DNA of 27,689 nucleotides from NCBI GenBank assembly GCA_964354495.1, contig CAYHAA010000023.1, forward strand, positions 1 to 27,689, in the 5' to 3' direction. The notes beneath the pieces were generated by a model, which was given only the letters and a program-made list of their open reading frames with translations, was not told the DNA's origin and ran no database searches. Positions 13,919 through 23,766 of this stretch are shown in pieces. The position numbers were made by a program, and so were the translations under genes. The first letter of the stretch is position 1; the number at the start of each line of letters is the position of its first letter. This stretch comes from an uncultured archaeon (GTDB taxonomy: Archaea > Asgardarchaeota > Thorarchaeia > Thorarchaeales > Thorarchaeaceae).

Positions 13919-15763
13919 CTATAGCGGTCTCTGCATTGCTCGCGGGCGAATCTGCAGGTAATATAACGAGTAGTATTTGCCCTTTTGCTGCATCAAGTCT
14001 GCATGCCTTCCAGACTCAACAACCTTGCCATGCTCTAACACGACGATTCTGTCCGCGTTCACTATAGTCGATAGACGATGTGCAATGACGATCGAAGTTC
14101 GTCCCCGCAGAAGTACTCTCATTCCCTTCTGAATTGCATGTTCTGTATAGATATCAATGGAACTCGTGGCCTCATCGAGGATGAGGATCTTGGGGTCTGC
14201 AAGAAGCACCCTTGCAAAGCTCACAAGCTGCCTCTCGCCCTCAGAGAGTCGTGCGCCGCGTTCACCCACCTCGGTGTCTAGTCCCTTGTCGAGATTCTCA
14301 ACAATCCTCCTTGCCCCGATGGCATCGAGCGCTGCGACAATCTCCTCCTCAGTTGCATCTTGATGACCATATCGTATATTGTCCCTGACTGTGCCCATGA
14401 AGAGGAACGCATCTTGAAGGACAAGGCCAATCCGTGAATGAAGCGACCTCTGTGTGACCGACCTGACATCGATCTCATCGATCTGAATAGAACCTCTCTG
14501 AACGTCGTAGAACCTGTTCAGCAGGTTCACGATGGTGGTCTTCCCTGCTCCCGTGTCGCCGACAATCGCAATTGCCTCTCCAGATTGTATCTCAAGGTTG
14601 AAGTTCTCTAGTACTAGCATCCCCTCGACATAACCAAATGTCACATTGTCAAAACGAACATGTCCCTTAATCTCTGGCATCGGCAGCGCGTCGGGAGAGT
14701 CCTGAACTGCAGACACTGTATCCAATATTGAAAAGACACGCTCTCCGCCAGCAAAAGCGCTCTGAACATCTGTGTAGAATTGTGCAATTGTCAGAATAGG
14801 TCTGAAGAAGCGGTCGCTGAACTGCACGAACATCACAACCGTTCCAATGGTCACCAAAGGCGTCAAGACAGGGTTGATGTACAGAAGACTCGGTTCCAGG
14901 ATGAACAAGCTTCCGAAGAGGAGGATTATTGCCACTCCCAACGCACTGATAAACCGGACTACTGGAAAGAACGCGGCCTGAGCCTTTCCAGCATCGACAT
15001 TCGATTGATAGTCTGCTTCATTGTATCCAGCAAAGATCTCAGCACTTGTTCTCTCTCTTGCGAAGCTCTTGGTCACCTTTGCACCAGATATGCTCTCAGC
15101 GAGGTTGGAGGTGACGGTCGATATGGTCTTTCTCGTGCGTCGATAGGCCTCTCTCATCACTCTGCGGAAATAGATAGTAGTGATGAGGAGAATCGGAACG
15201 ATAGCAAGAGACACCAATGCCAGCCTAAAATCCGCAACGAACATAGCCCATCCAATGGCAAAGACAACAAAGACCTGAGCAAATGTGTTGATGAGCTCTC
15301 CACCAAGAAGCTCGCTCATGCGGTCGATATCGTTCGTGAGCCTAGAGATGATTCTCCCGCTCGAGGAGTGGTCATGGAACTCCTCTGACATACTCTGCAG
15401 GTGGCAGTACAGCTCCTGGCGTATATCGTAGATTGCCCGCTGACCCATCAGAGTCATCAGGTATCCGCTTCCATACATTGCCATCCATGCGGAAACCTGC
15501 AGGGCAACATAGAGCAATGCGGTTAGTGTGACAGCCTGCATATTCCCGCTCTCAAAGTCTACATCTATGGCCTGCCTGAGTACGAATGGTGACCAGACAT
15601 TGAGAATGATTGTGACAGCAGTAACCACTGCAACAGCTGCGAATAGTCTCCTGTACGCAAGTAGGTACTTTACCATGCGGATCAGAAGGGCGGAATCCGA
15701 GTACTCGTAGGTTCTTGCATCCGGATCGTCTGCGCTGTCGAGTGTCTTACTCACCATGTTCAC
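13919..15763 (-). CDS. Type IV ABC exporter half (TMD+NBD), TM288/TmrA-like
   Basis: 6-TM TMD, Walker A GDTGAGKTT, non-canonical signature LSEGERQ, Walker B LILDE, H-switch IAHRL. Confidence 0.96.
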   Translation of the reverse strand: MNMVSKTLDSADDPDARTYEYSDSALLIRMVKYLLAYRRLFAAVAVVTAVTIILNVWSPFVLRQAIDVDFESGNMQAVTLTALLYVALQVSAWMAMYGSGYLMTLMGQRAIYDIRQELYCHLQSMSEEFHDHSSSGRIISRLTNDIDRMSELLGGELINTFAQVFVVFAIGWAMFVADFRLALVSLAIVPILLITTIYFRRVMREAYRRTRKTISTVTSNLAESISGAKVTKSFARERTSAEIFAGYNEADYQSNVDAGKAQAAFFPVVRFISALGVAIILLFGSLFILEPSLLYINPVLTPLVTIGTVVMFVQFSDRFFRPILTIAQFYTDVQSAFAGGERVFSILDTVSAVQDSPDALPMPEIKGHVRFDNVTFGYVEGMLVLENFNLEIQSGEAIAIVGDTGAGKTTIVNLLNRFYDVQRGSIQIDEIDVRSVTQRSLHSRIGLVLQDAFLFMGTVRDNIRYGHQDATEEEIVAALDAIGARRIVENLDKGLDTEVGERGARLSEGERQLVSFARVLLADPKILILDEATSSIDIYTEHAIQKGMRVLLRGRTSIVIAHRLSTIVNADRIVVLEHGKVVESGRHADLMQQKGKYYSLYYLQIRPRAMQRPL

Positions 15764-17675
15764 CTCTTGGCGATTCTGTGACTGCGAACGGATCTAGTGA
15801 AATACTTGCAGCCAGTTCCATCTCTGTGAGGGTTTCGTGGATGTTGTAGTACAGGCCTCTGCTAGCGATGAGCTGTTCGTGACTGCCTTGCTCAGCAATT
15901 TGCCCCCGTTCCATCATCACTATGAGGTCTGCGTTGCGCACTGTGCTCAATCGATGTGTGATGATGAACGTAGTTCTTCCTCTCATCAAGTTCTCAAGTG
16001 CCCTCTGAATGAGCAACTCCGTCTTTGCGTCAACAGAGCTTGTGGAATCATCAAGTATCAGAATCCGTGGATTAGCCAGTAATGCTCGGGCGATTGCAAC
16101 TCTCTGCTTCTGACCTCCGCTGAGAGTGACTCCGCGTTCTCCAATCTCAGTTTCGTAGCCATTCTCAAGGGTCATAATGAAGTCATGAATCATCGCCGCC
16201 TTCGCAGCCTCTATCACTTCTTCAAGAGAGGCTCCTGTCCGACCAAATGCAATGTTCTCTCTGATTGTCGTCGAAAACAAGAACGGATCTTGATGCACCA
16301 TGCCAATTCGCTTTCTGAGGTCGTCTAGTGCATAGTGCCTGATATCGATCCCATCGATCTTGATTGCTCCTGGCGGCTCAACCGTCAGAGTTTCACCATC
16401 TATTTCGACCTGGTCATTGACGACTCTGTACTCTTTGCCGCCTATGATTGCTGTTCCCTTGTCGTCTATACGATAGCTTCTCCCCTGATAGATGACAGTA
16501 CTGCTGTCATCCACATCATAGAATCTTGGAATCAGGTTCACTAGGCTTGTCTTTCCTGAGCCGGTCCCTCCCAGCAGAGCGACGATTTGACCCGGCTCCA
16601 CATGCAGGGATACATCACGAAGGATGTAGCTGTCCCCCCTATAGCCAAAGGACACATTCTCGAAATCAACCGCTCCAGTGAATCCGGTGGAATCCACCGG
16701 GTACTCTGGGTCCATCACCTCATCAACGGCATCAAGAATGTAGAAGGTACGATCACCTGAGGCTGAGGCTCTCTGGTACATGCCCACTCCCCAGCTTAGG
16801 AATCGCGCAGGGAGAAAGAGCATGGTCACGAGCGAAACAAATCCGACGAACTCTCCTAGTGTCAGATCGGAGGTGACAAGAATTGCATATCCGCCAACAT
16901 AGATTAGGAACCCAACCGCCATGCCGAAGAGCGATGGGAGCATCGGCTGGAAAAACGCTTCAAGTTTGCCAGCCCGGACCCTTCGGTCGAGAAACCCTCT
17001 ATTCTCCTTCTCTACCCTCTGTGCCTCTCTCTCTTCCGCGGCAAATGACCTCACGACCTTGTGCCCCACCATGTTCTCAGCCAAGACCGAGCTAAGCACG
17101 CCATATTGATTGCGCGCACTGAGAAACACTGGTCTCACCTTCTTTGCGAAGACATAGATGAAGACAATCATCACAGGCACCAAAAGGAGAATGTATAATG
17201 TGAGGGTGGCATTCACGCTCCACATCACGATGTAGGTACCAACAAGCTGTGCAGCACCGACGAATAGAACGCGATACCCCCAGTAGAGGAACTCTCTCAT
17301 GAAGGCGACATCAGTAGTCACGCGCGCCAGCAGCTGCCCTGTCTCATTCTGGTCGTAGAATGCTAGATCTTTCTCCATGAGGCTCTCATAGAGGTCCTCA
17401 CGTAGAGAATAGATTACATGTTGGGACGAGACTGCTGACCCGTAACGTCCAAGCATGTCGAAGACTGCGAAGAGGACGTTGAGGCCAATAAAGAGCAGAG
17501 TGTACGGGATGAGAAGATCGAGCTGGCTCCCAAGGATCACCTGATCCACAATCTGAATCGTGACAAGTGGAGTGAGAAGATTGCACACAGTGCCGATAGC
17601 TGATGCAGCAAGGAAACCGAGGAAGAGCCCTCTTCTCCTCATGGCGTAACCCGTGAGTCTGTGTATATGACCCAT
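15747..17675 (-). CDS. Type IV ABC exporter half (TMD+NBD), TM287/TmrB-like
   Basis: Walker A GGTGSGKTS, canonical LSGGQKQR, degenerate Walker B LILDD, ITHRL. Overlaps the partner gene. Carries an insertion of about 45 aa in the NBD. Confidence 0.96.
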   Translation of the reverse strand: MGHIHRLTGYAMRRRGLFLGFLAASAIGTVCNLLTPLVTIQIVDQVILGSQLDLLIPYTLLFIGLNVLFAVFDMLGRYGSAVSSQHVIYSLREDLYESLMEKDLAFYDQNETGQLLARVTTDVAFMREFLYWGYRVLFVGAAQLVGTYIVMWSVNATLTLYILLLVPVMIVFIYVFAKKVRPVFLSARNQYGVLSSVLAENMVGHKVVRSFAAEEREAQRVEKENRGFLDRRVRAGKLEAFFQPMLPSLFGMAVGFLIYVGGYAILVTSDLTLGEFVGFVSLVTMLFLPARFLSWGVGMYQRASASGDRTFYILDAVDEVMDPEYPVDSTGFTGAVDFENVSFGYRGDSYILRDVSLHVEPGQIVALLGGTGSGKTSLVNLIPRFYDVDDSSTVIYQGRSYRIDDKGTAIIGGKEYRVVNDQVEIDGETLTVEPPGAIKIDGIDIRHYALDDLRKRIGMVHQDPFLFSTTIRENIAFGRTGASLEEVIEAAKAAMIHDFIMTLENGYETEIGERGVTLSGGQKQRVAIARALLANPRILILDDSTSSVDAKTELLIQRALENLMRGRTTFIITHRLSTVRNADLIVMMERGQIAEQGSHEQLIASRGLYYNIHETLTEMELAASISLDPFAVTESPRGEHGE

Positions 17676-17957
17676 CTGCTCAGCACCGTCGTCGTTGAAC
17701 TTTCGGACCCTGATGATAAGAGTTGCGAAGATGACACTATCTCAGAGGGTGTGTAGCAGTTGCTGAAAACTTGGACGAACTTGGACATTTCGCTGTACGA
17801 GTTCATATGCTACGACTCACTACAGACAGATGAGGGTGTTCAGACACACGTCTGCCCTCACGGAGTTCGTTCACAGTGCCGTTTTCTGGGCGGACAGCAC
17901 TCCGGTGTCCAAGGTTGTCCAACTTACAATGAACGGTATATGCTCTGTTCCAAGACT

Positions 17958-18374
17958 CTACGAACAACTAGCTGCAAGCTTTTCTCCAAGGCTACGACAC
18001 TCAGCCAGTATGCTCTCTGCAGGATAGTCTTTCGCCTTGATGGGTTGTTCACTGACCAGCGTGCCGCCAAGTTCTTTCAGCCTTCCACTGATTTCATCTG
18101 GAGCCTCTCCGCTCCATCCATACGACCCGAACGCCGCTGCTGGCAGTCCGTGTAGTTGCGGTAGTTCTGAGAGTATGCGCTTGACCATTGGTAGAACTCT
18201 CTTCATTCGTGTTGAACTGCCAACAGCAAGAGCGCAGACGCCTTCGACACTGTTGAAGTCCTGTGCATCAACGACTGTGCACTCTGCACCAGCAGACATA
18301 ACACCCTCGCGGATTGCCTCAGCCATTGCCTTTGTGCGGCCTCTGGTGCTCTCATAGACAATCAAGACTCTCAT
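17958..18374 (-). CDS. Short-chain flavodoxin
   Basis: FMN P-loop IVYESTRGRTKAMAEAI, GSST, AAAFGSYGWSGEA. Confidence 0.92.
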   Translation of the reverse strand: MRVLIVYESTRGRTKAMAEAIREGVMSAGAECTVVDAQDFNSVEGVCALAVGSSTRMKRVLPMVKRILSELPQLHGLPAAAFGSYGWSGEAPDEISGRLKELGGTLVSEQPIKAKDYPAESILAECRSLGEKLAASCS

Positions 18375-18485
18375 TTTGGCTCCCTTGAGGCATCATTATT
18401 GCGAAACAAAAGACTATCGAATGGGCAGTGCTGATGTCGCACTACCACTTTCTAGATAAGGAGGAATTCGTACTGTGGTCCCAGC

Positions 18486-19154
18486 ATGACGACCCAATCA
18501 AAGCAAAAGGCCGAAAAAGCATGCGCGGTCCTTGTTCGCAAGTATGGCAGAGTAGTGAGCCAGCGCAGTCTACCGCCCGTTGATGAGCTAGTGATGACCA
18601 TATTGAGTCAACACACGTCTGACGCAAATATGTCCAAGGCCTTCGAGAGTCTGAAGAAGAGATACGACTCGTGGGAACAGGTCCTTGTAGCACCCCAGGA
18701 TCAACTCGCTGAAACAATCCGTTCCTCAGGGATGTATAATCTCAAGGCCAAGCGGATACAGAGCACACTTCGAGAGATCAATGAGAGAGTCGGACGACTG
18801 GACATATCTCATCTGGAGCATATGCCTCTAGAGGAGGCAAAGAAATGGCTCACATCATTGGACGGCGTAGGTCCAAAGACCGCAGCAATTGTCCTGCTGT
18901 TCTCCTTTGGAAGACCAACACTGCCTGTGGACACTCATGTGTGGCGTGTGACAAAACGTCTGGGAATAATTGATCAGAATGTGTCGCGCGAGCGGGCACA
19001 TGAACTGCTAGAACAGATTGTTCCCAGAGACTGCATCCGTTCCCTGAACAACAATCTGGTGCGCCATGGTCGAGAGATCTGCAAGGCACAACGTCCGCAG
19101 TGTGAAATCTGTTTTCTCAGCGATATCTGCGACTATTATGGTAGTATCAGCTGA
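18486..19154 (+). CDS. nth: Endonuclease III (HhH-GPD glycosylase/AP lyase, 4Fe-4S)
   Basis: ILSQHTSD, HhH LDGVGPKTA with catalytic Lys, PVDTHV with catalytic Asp, C-x6-C-x2-C-x5-C (CKAQRPQCEICFLSDIC). Confidence 0.95.
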   Translation: MTTQSKQKAEKACAVLVRKYGRVVSQRSLPPVDELVMTILSQHTSDANMSKAFESLKKRYDSWEQVLVAPQDQLAETIRSSGMYNLKAKRIQSTLREINERVGRLDISHLEHMPLEEAKKWLTSLDGVGPKTAAIVLLFSFGRPTLPVDTHVWRVTKRLGIIDQNVSRERAHELLEQIVPRDCIRSLNNNLVRHGREICKAQRPQCEICFLSDICDYYGSIS

Positions 19155-19269
19155 TACATCAGAGATGTAATCCATTATTGAACGAAACCCCCAGTTCACA
19201 CACTTTCAGTGCTTCATCGAGGCAGTGTTCTTAAGTTCGGAGTACGCCCTTCAGATAGAGAGTAACACT

Positions 19270-19758
19270 ATGGCAGACGTCCTCAGATCGAAAAAGGGGC
19301 TTGACATCATCCTTGTCATCCTCTCCATAGCCGTTTTGTCGATGGCACTCTGGACGTGGGTCACTGCACTCCCTGTCGCACAAGATGTTGTCTTCCTTGC
19401 TACGACCATCGCACTTGTCATCTCTCTTGTTCTGATAGTGAACGTTTCAATACTTGTCATTCTCAGGCTACAGAAACGAGTCTCTCACCTTGAGTCATTG
19501 GTCATTGGGCCGAGCACAGACAATGCGTCTCCTGAACGAGTCGTCGTGGTCACTCTCAATAACACAGAGCGTCGTATCATCAACCAACTTGAGGAGAATG
19601 GAGGCCGGATGGCACAGGATGATCTTCGAAGAGCAACGGCCCTAAGCAAGTCCACACTCAGCGTTTCTCTCACTGCGCTCGAACGGAAATCGCTCGTAAG
19701 CCGGGCGGAGAGCGGAAGAACCAAGATCGTAGTGCTCGAACGGCGCGTTGGGAGATAG
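19270..19758 (+). CDS. Membrane-anchored winged-helix (MarR-like) transcription regulator
   Basis: Two N-terminal TM helices, then LNNTERRIINQLEENGGRMAQDDLRRATALSKSTLSVSLTALERKSLVSR...GRTKIV. The ATG at 19270 is preferred over the GTG at 19225. Confidence 0.88.
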   Translation: MADVLRSKKGLDIILVILSIAVLSMALWTWVTALPVAQDVVFLATTIALVISLVLIVNVSILVILRLQKRVSHLESLVIGPSTDNASPERVVVVTLNNTERRIINQLEENGGRMAQDDLRRATALSKSTLSVSLTALERKSLVSRAESGRTKIVVLERRVGR

Positions 19759-19786
19759 CTACTAGACTTCGATTATTGGTCTTTTG

Positions 19787-19888
19787 GAACGGTTCTGAAC
19801 CATGATAGCGCCGAAAATCCAGTTTAAGACTTTCATAACCTCCTTTTACCGAGTGATACGAACCGTTCACTGAAAACGACTATTATAG
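19787..19888 (+). promoter_or_regulatory. Promoter of the surface-protein gene with two GAAC-N-GTTC palindromes
   Basis: GAACGGTTC (19787-19795) and GAACCGTTC (19860-19868). BRE-like GAAAACGA and TATA-like TATTATAG at 19872-19888. Confidence 0.55.
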
Positions 19889-19937
19889 AATGATGTACGT
19901 GATAGGGATAGAATCGCTAAGATTCTGGAAGATTGAT

Positions 19938-21728
19938 ATGATGACTAGAACGAGAACGCGACTTGGCACGCTCTTTCTGATTTCAAGCCTGCTCGTCCTG
20001 AGCCTTGGAATCAGCACTGCAGCCGCCCCCGTTACTGAGCCTTATGATAGAACCCAGATTGTGAATCCATTCATAGAGATGCTACCGGGTGTCTATGTTG
20101 CATCACAGTGGTGGAACGAGACAGGGGACATGGATACCTCTTATACCGAGCCTGGTTACTTTATTGAAATCAACGGATCCCGGTACATGGCAGAGTACTA
20201 TGTGGAACACACTAACGGTACTGGCTATATCATAACCGAGAATAGCATATCGAATTGGACCTCTGATTGGTCGTTTTCGAATCTTCTTGTTGTCGTAGTC
20301 CTTGATCCCGATGGATCCTATATGGCTTGGACAGCCAATCAAGGCAATGTTAGTGACCTCTGGAGTATCTTCTGGTGGCCTGAGGCAGGTGCACTCACTG
20401 GAGATGAGGTGTTCATCTACTCCTCGTTTTACTATTCCGAGTACAATTCAAGCTCATACTACTATGCTGAATACAGCTGGCGAAACGAGTATGGTGTACC
20501 AGTAGATCCTAACGATGTGATTCCTTACCTGGCCGAGGAATACACATGGGCCTCGTACATGAACGGTACCTACGAGTTCGACTATGACTGGGACTACTGC
20601 GGTTTTGGATATGATGTCAGCGAGATGTTCAAAACAGAAGCTACAGAGGAGTGGATGCAGCACTACTTCTCCGGCCTGAGTGTCTTCAACGACACCAATG
20701 GCAATGGCAGAATGGATCTCGTCTACAGCGAGGTGTCCTACGATTTCGATGAAGACGATATCATCGACTGGACCAACTACGAATTGAACCGGACCGCCTC
20801 AGAACTGGTCTACGACTTCTATGCAGACAATGCAGAAATCGGTGAGATAGGTCTTCCCTCTGTGAACTCCGATGGTCAAGTCGAGTGGAGCGCCGAGGTT
20901 GTCGATATTGATGGCAATCTCATGACATCGCAACCATACGATGTCTGGTTCGGCGGAGTACGACCCGCTGGTGGCATTATTGGTAATATGCCCGAAGAGA
21001 CCGACCCACTGCCTGTCACCATTGACAGTCTAAAGCTCACATTCAAGTTCGAAACTACCGATGATGCTGCAGTGATAAAGATAGACCAGTACGTTGGCGA
21101 CTTCACGAATCCCATCTCCGGACTTGTACCAGCTGAGCTGAATGGACTTGGTCTCACGCTCAACTACTGGAGTTCCTTCTCAAGCTATACGATGACTGGT
21201 GAGATACCTGTGGAGACGCTCCCCGTGACTGGCGGTGAAGTTCCTCCAGCCTCTGGGACAGACCCCGGAACAGTGACCGAATGGGTTGAAGCGCCGTCAG
21301 ATGCTCTGGAGAGCGACAATGCTCCTGATGGATTCCTTCGATTCAGCGAGGCAGACGATCTCCGGACAATAGTTGAGTTTGGCGGCACCTATGTTCTGGG
21401 CAGTGATGGACTGACCTACGATGTTGGCACAGCAGTGATGCCGATGTACTTCTATGGCCTAGCCTGCGAGTCTGATGCAACATCCACTGGCCTGGTTTAT
21501 TCACTCGACTCTTGGTGGGGCCAGACATACTACTATAGCTCGTGCTACGCAAAGTGGGATGGACACTCAATAACCCACGATCCCATCTTCTCAGTCTTCC
21601 CAATGAGGTCTCCATACTCAGCAAGTGCATTCATCACTGGTCTGATTAATTCGGCCATTATTATCGGAGTCCTTGGTGTCGCAGCCATTGTTGTTGTCTG
21701 CGTACGCATAGACGCAGAACGGAAATAA
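19938..21728 (+). CDS. Large acidic cell-surface glycoprotein (signal peptide, C-terminal TM anchor)
   Basis: Signal MMTRTRTRLGTLFLISSLLVLSLGISTAAA. Nine N-x-S/T sequons in the N-terminal half. Dx[DN]xDG-like loops (DTNGNGRMD, DFDEDDIID). C-terminal TM and short charged tail. Start at 19938 preferred over 19890. Confidence 0.85.
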   Translation: MMTRTRTRLGTLFLISSLLVLSLGISTAAAPVTEPYDRTQIVNPFIEMLPGVYVASQWWNETGDMDTSYTEPGYFIEINGSRYMAEYYVEHTNGTGYIITENSISNWTSDWSFSNLLVVVVLDPDGSYMAWTANQGNVSDLWSIFWWPEAGALTGDEVFIYSSFYYSEYNSSSYYYAEYSWRNEYGVPVDPNDVIPYLAEEYTWASYMNGTYEFDYDWDYCGFGYDVSEMFKTEATEEWMQHYFSGLSVFNDTNGNGRMDLVYSEVSYDFDEDDIIDWTNYELNRTASELVYDFYADNAEIGEIGLPSVNSDGQVEWSAEVVDIDGNLMTSQPYDVWFGGVRPAGGIIGNMPEETDPLPVTIDSLKLTFKFETTDDAAVIKIDQYVGDFTNPISGLVPAELNGLGLTLNYWSSFSSYTMTGEIPVETLPVTGGEVPPASGTDPGTVTEWVEAPSDALESDNAPDGFLRFSEADDLRTIVEFGGTYVLGSDGLTYDVGTAVMPMYFYGLACESDATSTGLVYSLDSWWGQTYYYSSCYAKWDGHSITHDPIFSVFPMRSPYSASAFITGLINSAIIIGVLGVAAIVVVCVRIDAERK

Positions 21729-21741
21729 TCGCTATCTCCTC

Positions 21742-21773
21742 GGGAGCGGAAGACCGCTCCCCTCTCTTTTTTC
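21742..21773 (+). terminator. Intrinsic-type terminator
   Basis: GGGAGCGG-AAGA-CCGCTCCC perfect 8-bp stem followed by CTCTCTTTTTTC. Confidence 0.8.
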
Positions 21774-22561
21774 TATAGCCCCTCAAGACACCTCTCTGCA
21801 TAGCTCTTGGCATCGATGATGTTCCTTCTCTGTCTATGTGAGAGCTCAACGGTGAGAGGGCCCCCATAGCCTGCATGATGAAGTGTCTTGACCGCCCTTG
21901 GTAGGTCAATCTTGCCCTCTCCGGGAACGATATAGTGTCTATAGCCGTCCTCACCGATCAGACTGCCATCGCTGTCCCGAAAGTGGACATTGACAATCCG
22001 GTCTCCAAAGGTTGTTGTGAGCCACTCGATGTCGGAACCATTGATGTGCATGAACTCCATGTCAAGCGTGACTCCAAGGTGTCTATTGTCATGTCTTCCT
22101 ATCTCATCCCGAATTACGAGATCCACATTCTTGATGTATGGAACATTCTCCAAGGCTAACATGCATCCTGTCTGCTCTGCCTTGTTCAGGAGCACCTCGA
22201 ACCTCTTCTCCCACAGGTCACCTGCAAGTTGCTCCCGGTCAGGCAGATGAAGGACCGCCACCTTGAGCTCCAGAACCTCTATGAGGGAGAAAGTGGAGGA
22301 AACTGCCTCATGAAAGACCATCTCGTCAAATGAAACGAGGAATTTCGGCAGGTGAATCGAATAGGCCTTGAGTGATAGGTCGTCGAGAGATGCTTGGACA
22401 GTTTCCCCCAGCCAACTGGGCAGATTACTGTAGTATAACTCTACAGTATCATAGCCCGCGTCTTTCACGCGAACCAGAGTTCTGACCATGTTTGCCAAGA
22501 GGATCTCCGGCGAGGATGATGACTTGATTCCTCCCAGGATGGAACATGAGATGAACATCAC
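21773..22561 (-). CDS. Sugar-phosphate isomerase/epimerase (xylose isomerase-like TIM barrel)
   Basis: AGYDTVEL, SIHLP, VLH, LALENV, VTLD, VHFRD, PGEG.ID, GY.GPLTVE pattern of the AP_endonuc_2 family. Confidence 0.88.
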   Translation of the reverse strand: MMFISCSILGGIKSSSSPEILLANMVRTLVRVKDAGYDTVELYYSNLPSWLGETVQASLDDLSLKAYSIHLPKFLVSFDEMVFHEAVSSTFSLIEVLELKVAVLHLPDREQLAGDLWEKRFEVLLNKAEQTGCMLALENVPYIKNVDLVIRDEIGRHDNRHLGVTLDMEFMHINGSDIEWLTTTFGDRIVNVHFRDSDGSLIGEDGYRHYIVPGEGKIDLPRAVKTLHHAGYGGPLTVELSHRQRRNIIDAKSYAERCLEGL

Positions 22562-22687
22562 TGACTTCTCCGGTTGTCAAAACACTTCGAACCTGTCTTA
22601 TGTCTTCTTGAACGAACAATCTGGCAAGGAACATCTACATGAGAAAAGCATTTCAACGGTCATCATCCAAGCGAATCAGACCAGGAG

Positions 22688-23707
22688 TTGGATGCATTGC
22701 CACGCCGCGAAACACTACTTGCAGTAATACTGGTAATTGCCTTGCTGTCAATCACCACTTTTGCCTCCCAGGGCTCTCCCATCCCGCACAACATCCGTCT
22801 GGCATCTTGGCCAGGTGGATTGGTCATCGATCATACCTGTATTGACCTCGATATGATTCCGAGTGAGTGGATAGACTCTGCTCAGGATGACATTCGTGTC
22901 CATTATGCCCATACCAGTCATGGAGGTCAGATAACCGAGGGGCTCTATCTGATTGAATCCGAGAACGCAACATTCGATTGTTCGGTTGGAGATGGAGCTC
23001 TTCCAACTGATTCTGGCGCGCTCTGTATCCTGGACGGAAATCCTCCAGAATCATACATTACACCTGAGTTGTATTGGCACGAAGCAAGCGCTCGGGCTAT
23101 CACTCAAAGCACAATCAACAACAATCCGACATTGACCGTCTCACTCTGGTCCTGGTGTACTCAAGTCGATTCGTACTCAGAAACTGACGTTCAGGAGTAT
23201 CTCGATGCCATGAGTCTTCTTGAGTCTGCAAACCCCGATATCACTTTCATCTACATGACTGGGAACGCCCAGTCGACGAGCGATGGTGGCTATAATCGAT
23301 GGTTGCGCAACGAGCAGATACGGCAGTACTGTCTGGACAATGATAAGATTCTGTTCGACTTTGCAGACCTTGACTGCTGGAGTGATGGCGTGTATAGCAC
23401 CTATGACTTCGTTGTAGGTGAGGAAACACTCAAGATTCCCGTGGAGCACCCAGACTTCAATGGTGACGAGGCTGCTCACACTACCTATACCAGCTGTGAA
23501 CAGAAGGGTAGAGCCTTCTGGTGGCTCATGGCTATGCTCGCAGGCTGGAATGCTCCTGATCCGACCACGACTACCACCCCAACTGGCACATCATCAACTA
23601 TCACGAATACTGGGTCGCTGTTCGCCGGCGATGTTCTTCTCTACGCAGGGGTTGGAGGCGTCATCCTTCTTCTTGGCTACGCTATCATTCGAAGATATCG
23701 CAGCTGA
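22688..23707 (+). CDS. Secreted, membrane-anchored protein of unknown function (possible hydrolase)
   Basis: TTG start behind AGGAG. N-terminal signal/TM, conserved-looking HTSHGGQI, WSWC, IYMTG, RNEQIR and LFDFADLD segments, Thr-rich linker PTTTTTPTGTSST, C-terminal TM plus RRYRS. Confidence 0.8.
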   Translation: MDALPRRETLLAVILVIALLSITTFASQGSPIPHNIRLASWPGGLVIDHTCIDLDMIPSEWIDSAQDDIRVHYAHTSHGGQITEGLYLIESENATFDCSVGDGALPTDSGALCILDGNPPESYITPELYWHEASARAITQSTINNNPTLTVSLWSWCTQVDSYSETDVQEYLDAMSLLESANPDITFIYMTGNAQSTSDGGYNRWLRNEQIRQYCLDNDKILFDFADLDCWSDGVYSTYDFVVGEETLKIPVEHPDFNGDEAAHTTYTSCEQKGRAFWWLMAMLAGWNAPDPTTTTTPTGTSSTITNTGSLFAGDVLLYAGVGGVILLLGYAIIRRYRS

Positions 23708-23766
23708 GAGTTGGACACGTGACAAGGTTTAAATATTAAATATAGTTAACGTGGGCGGGACTTTTC

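Noticed and set aside
13919-17675. LSEGE signature and Walker B DD as inactivating mutations or pseudogenisation
   Set aside because: This is the normal degenerate/consensus site asymmetry of TM287/288- and TmrAB-type heterodimers.
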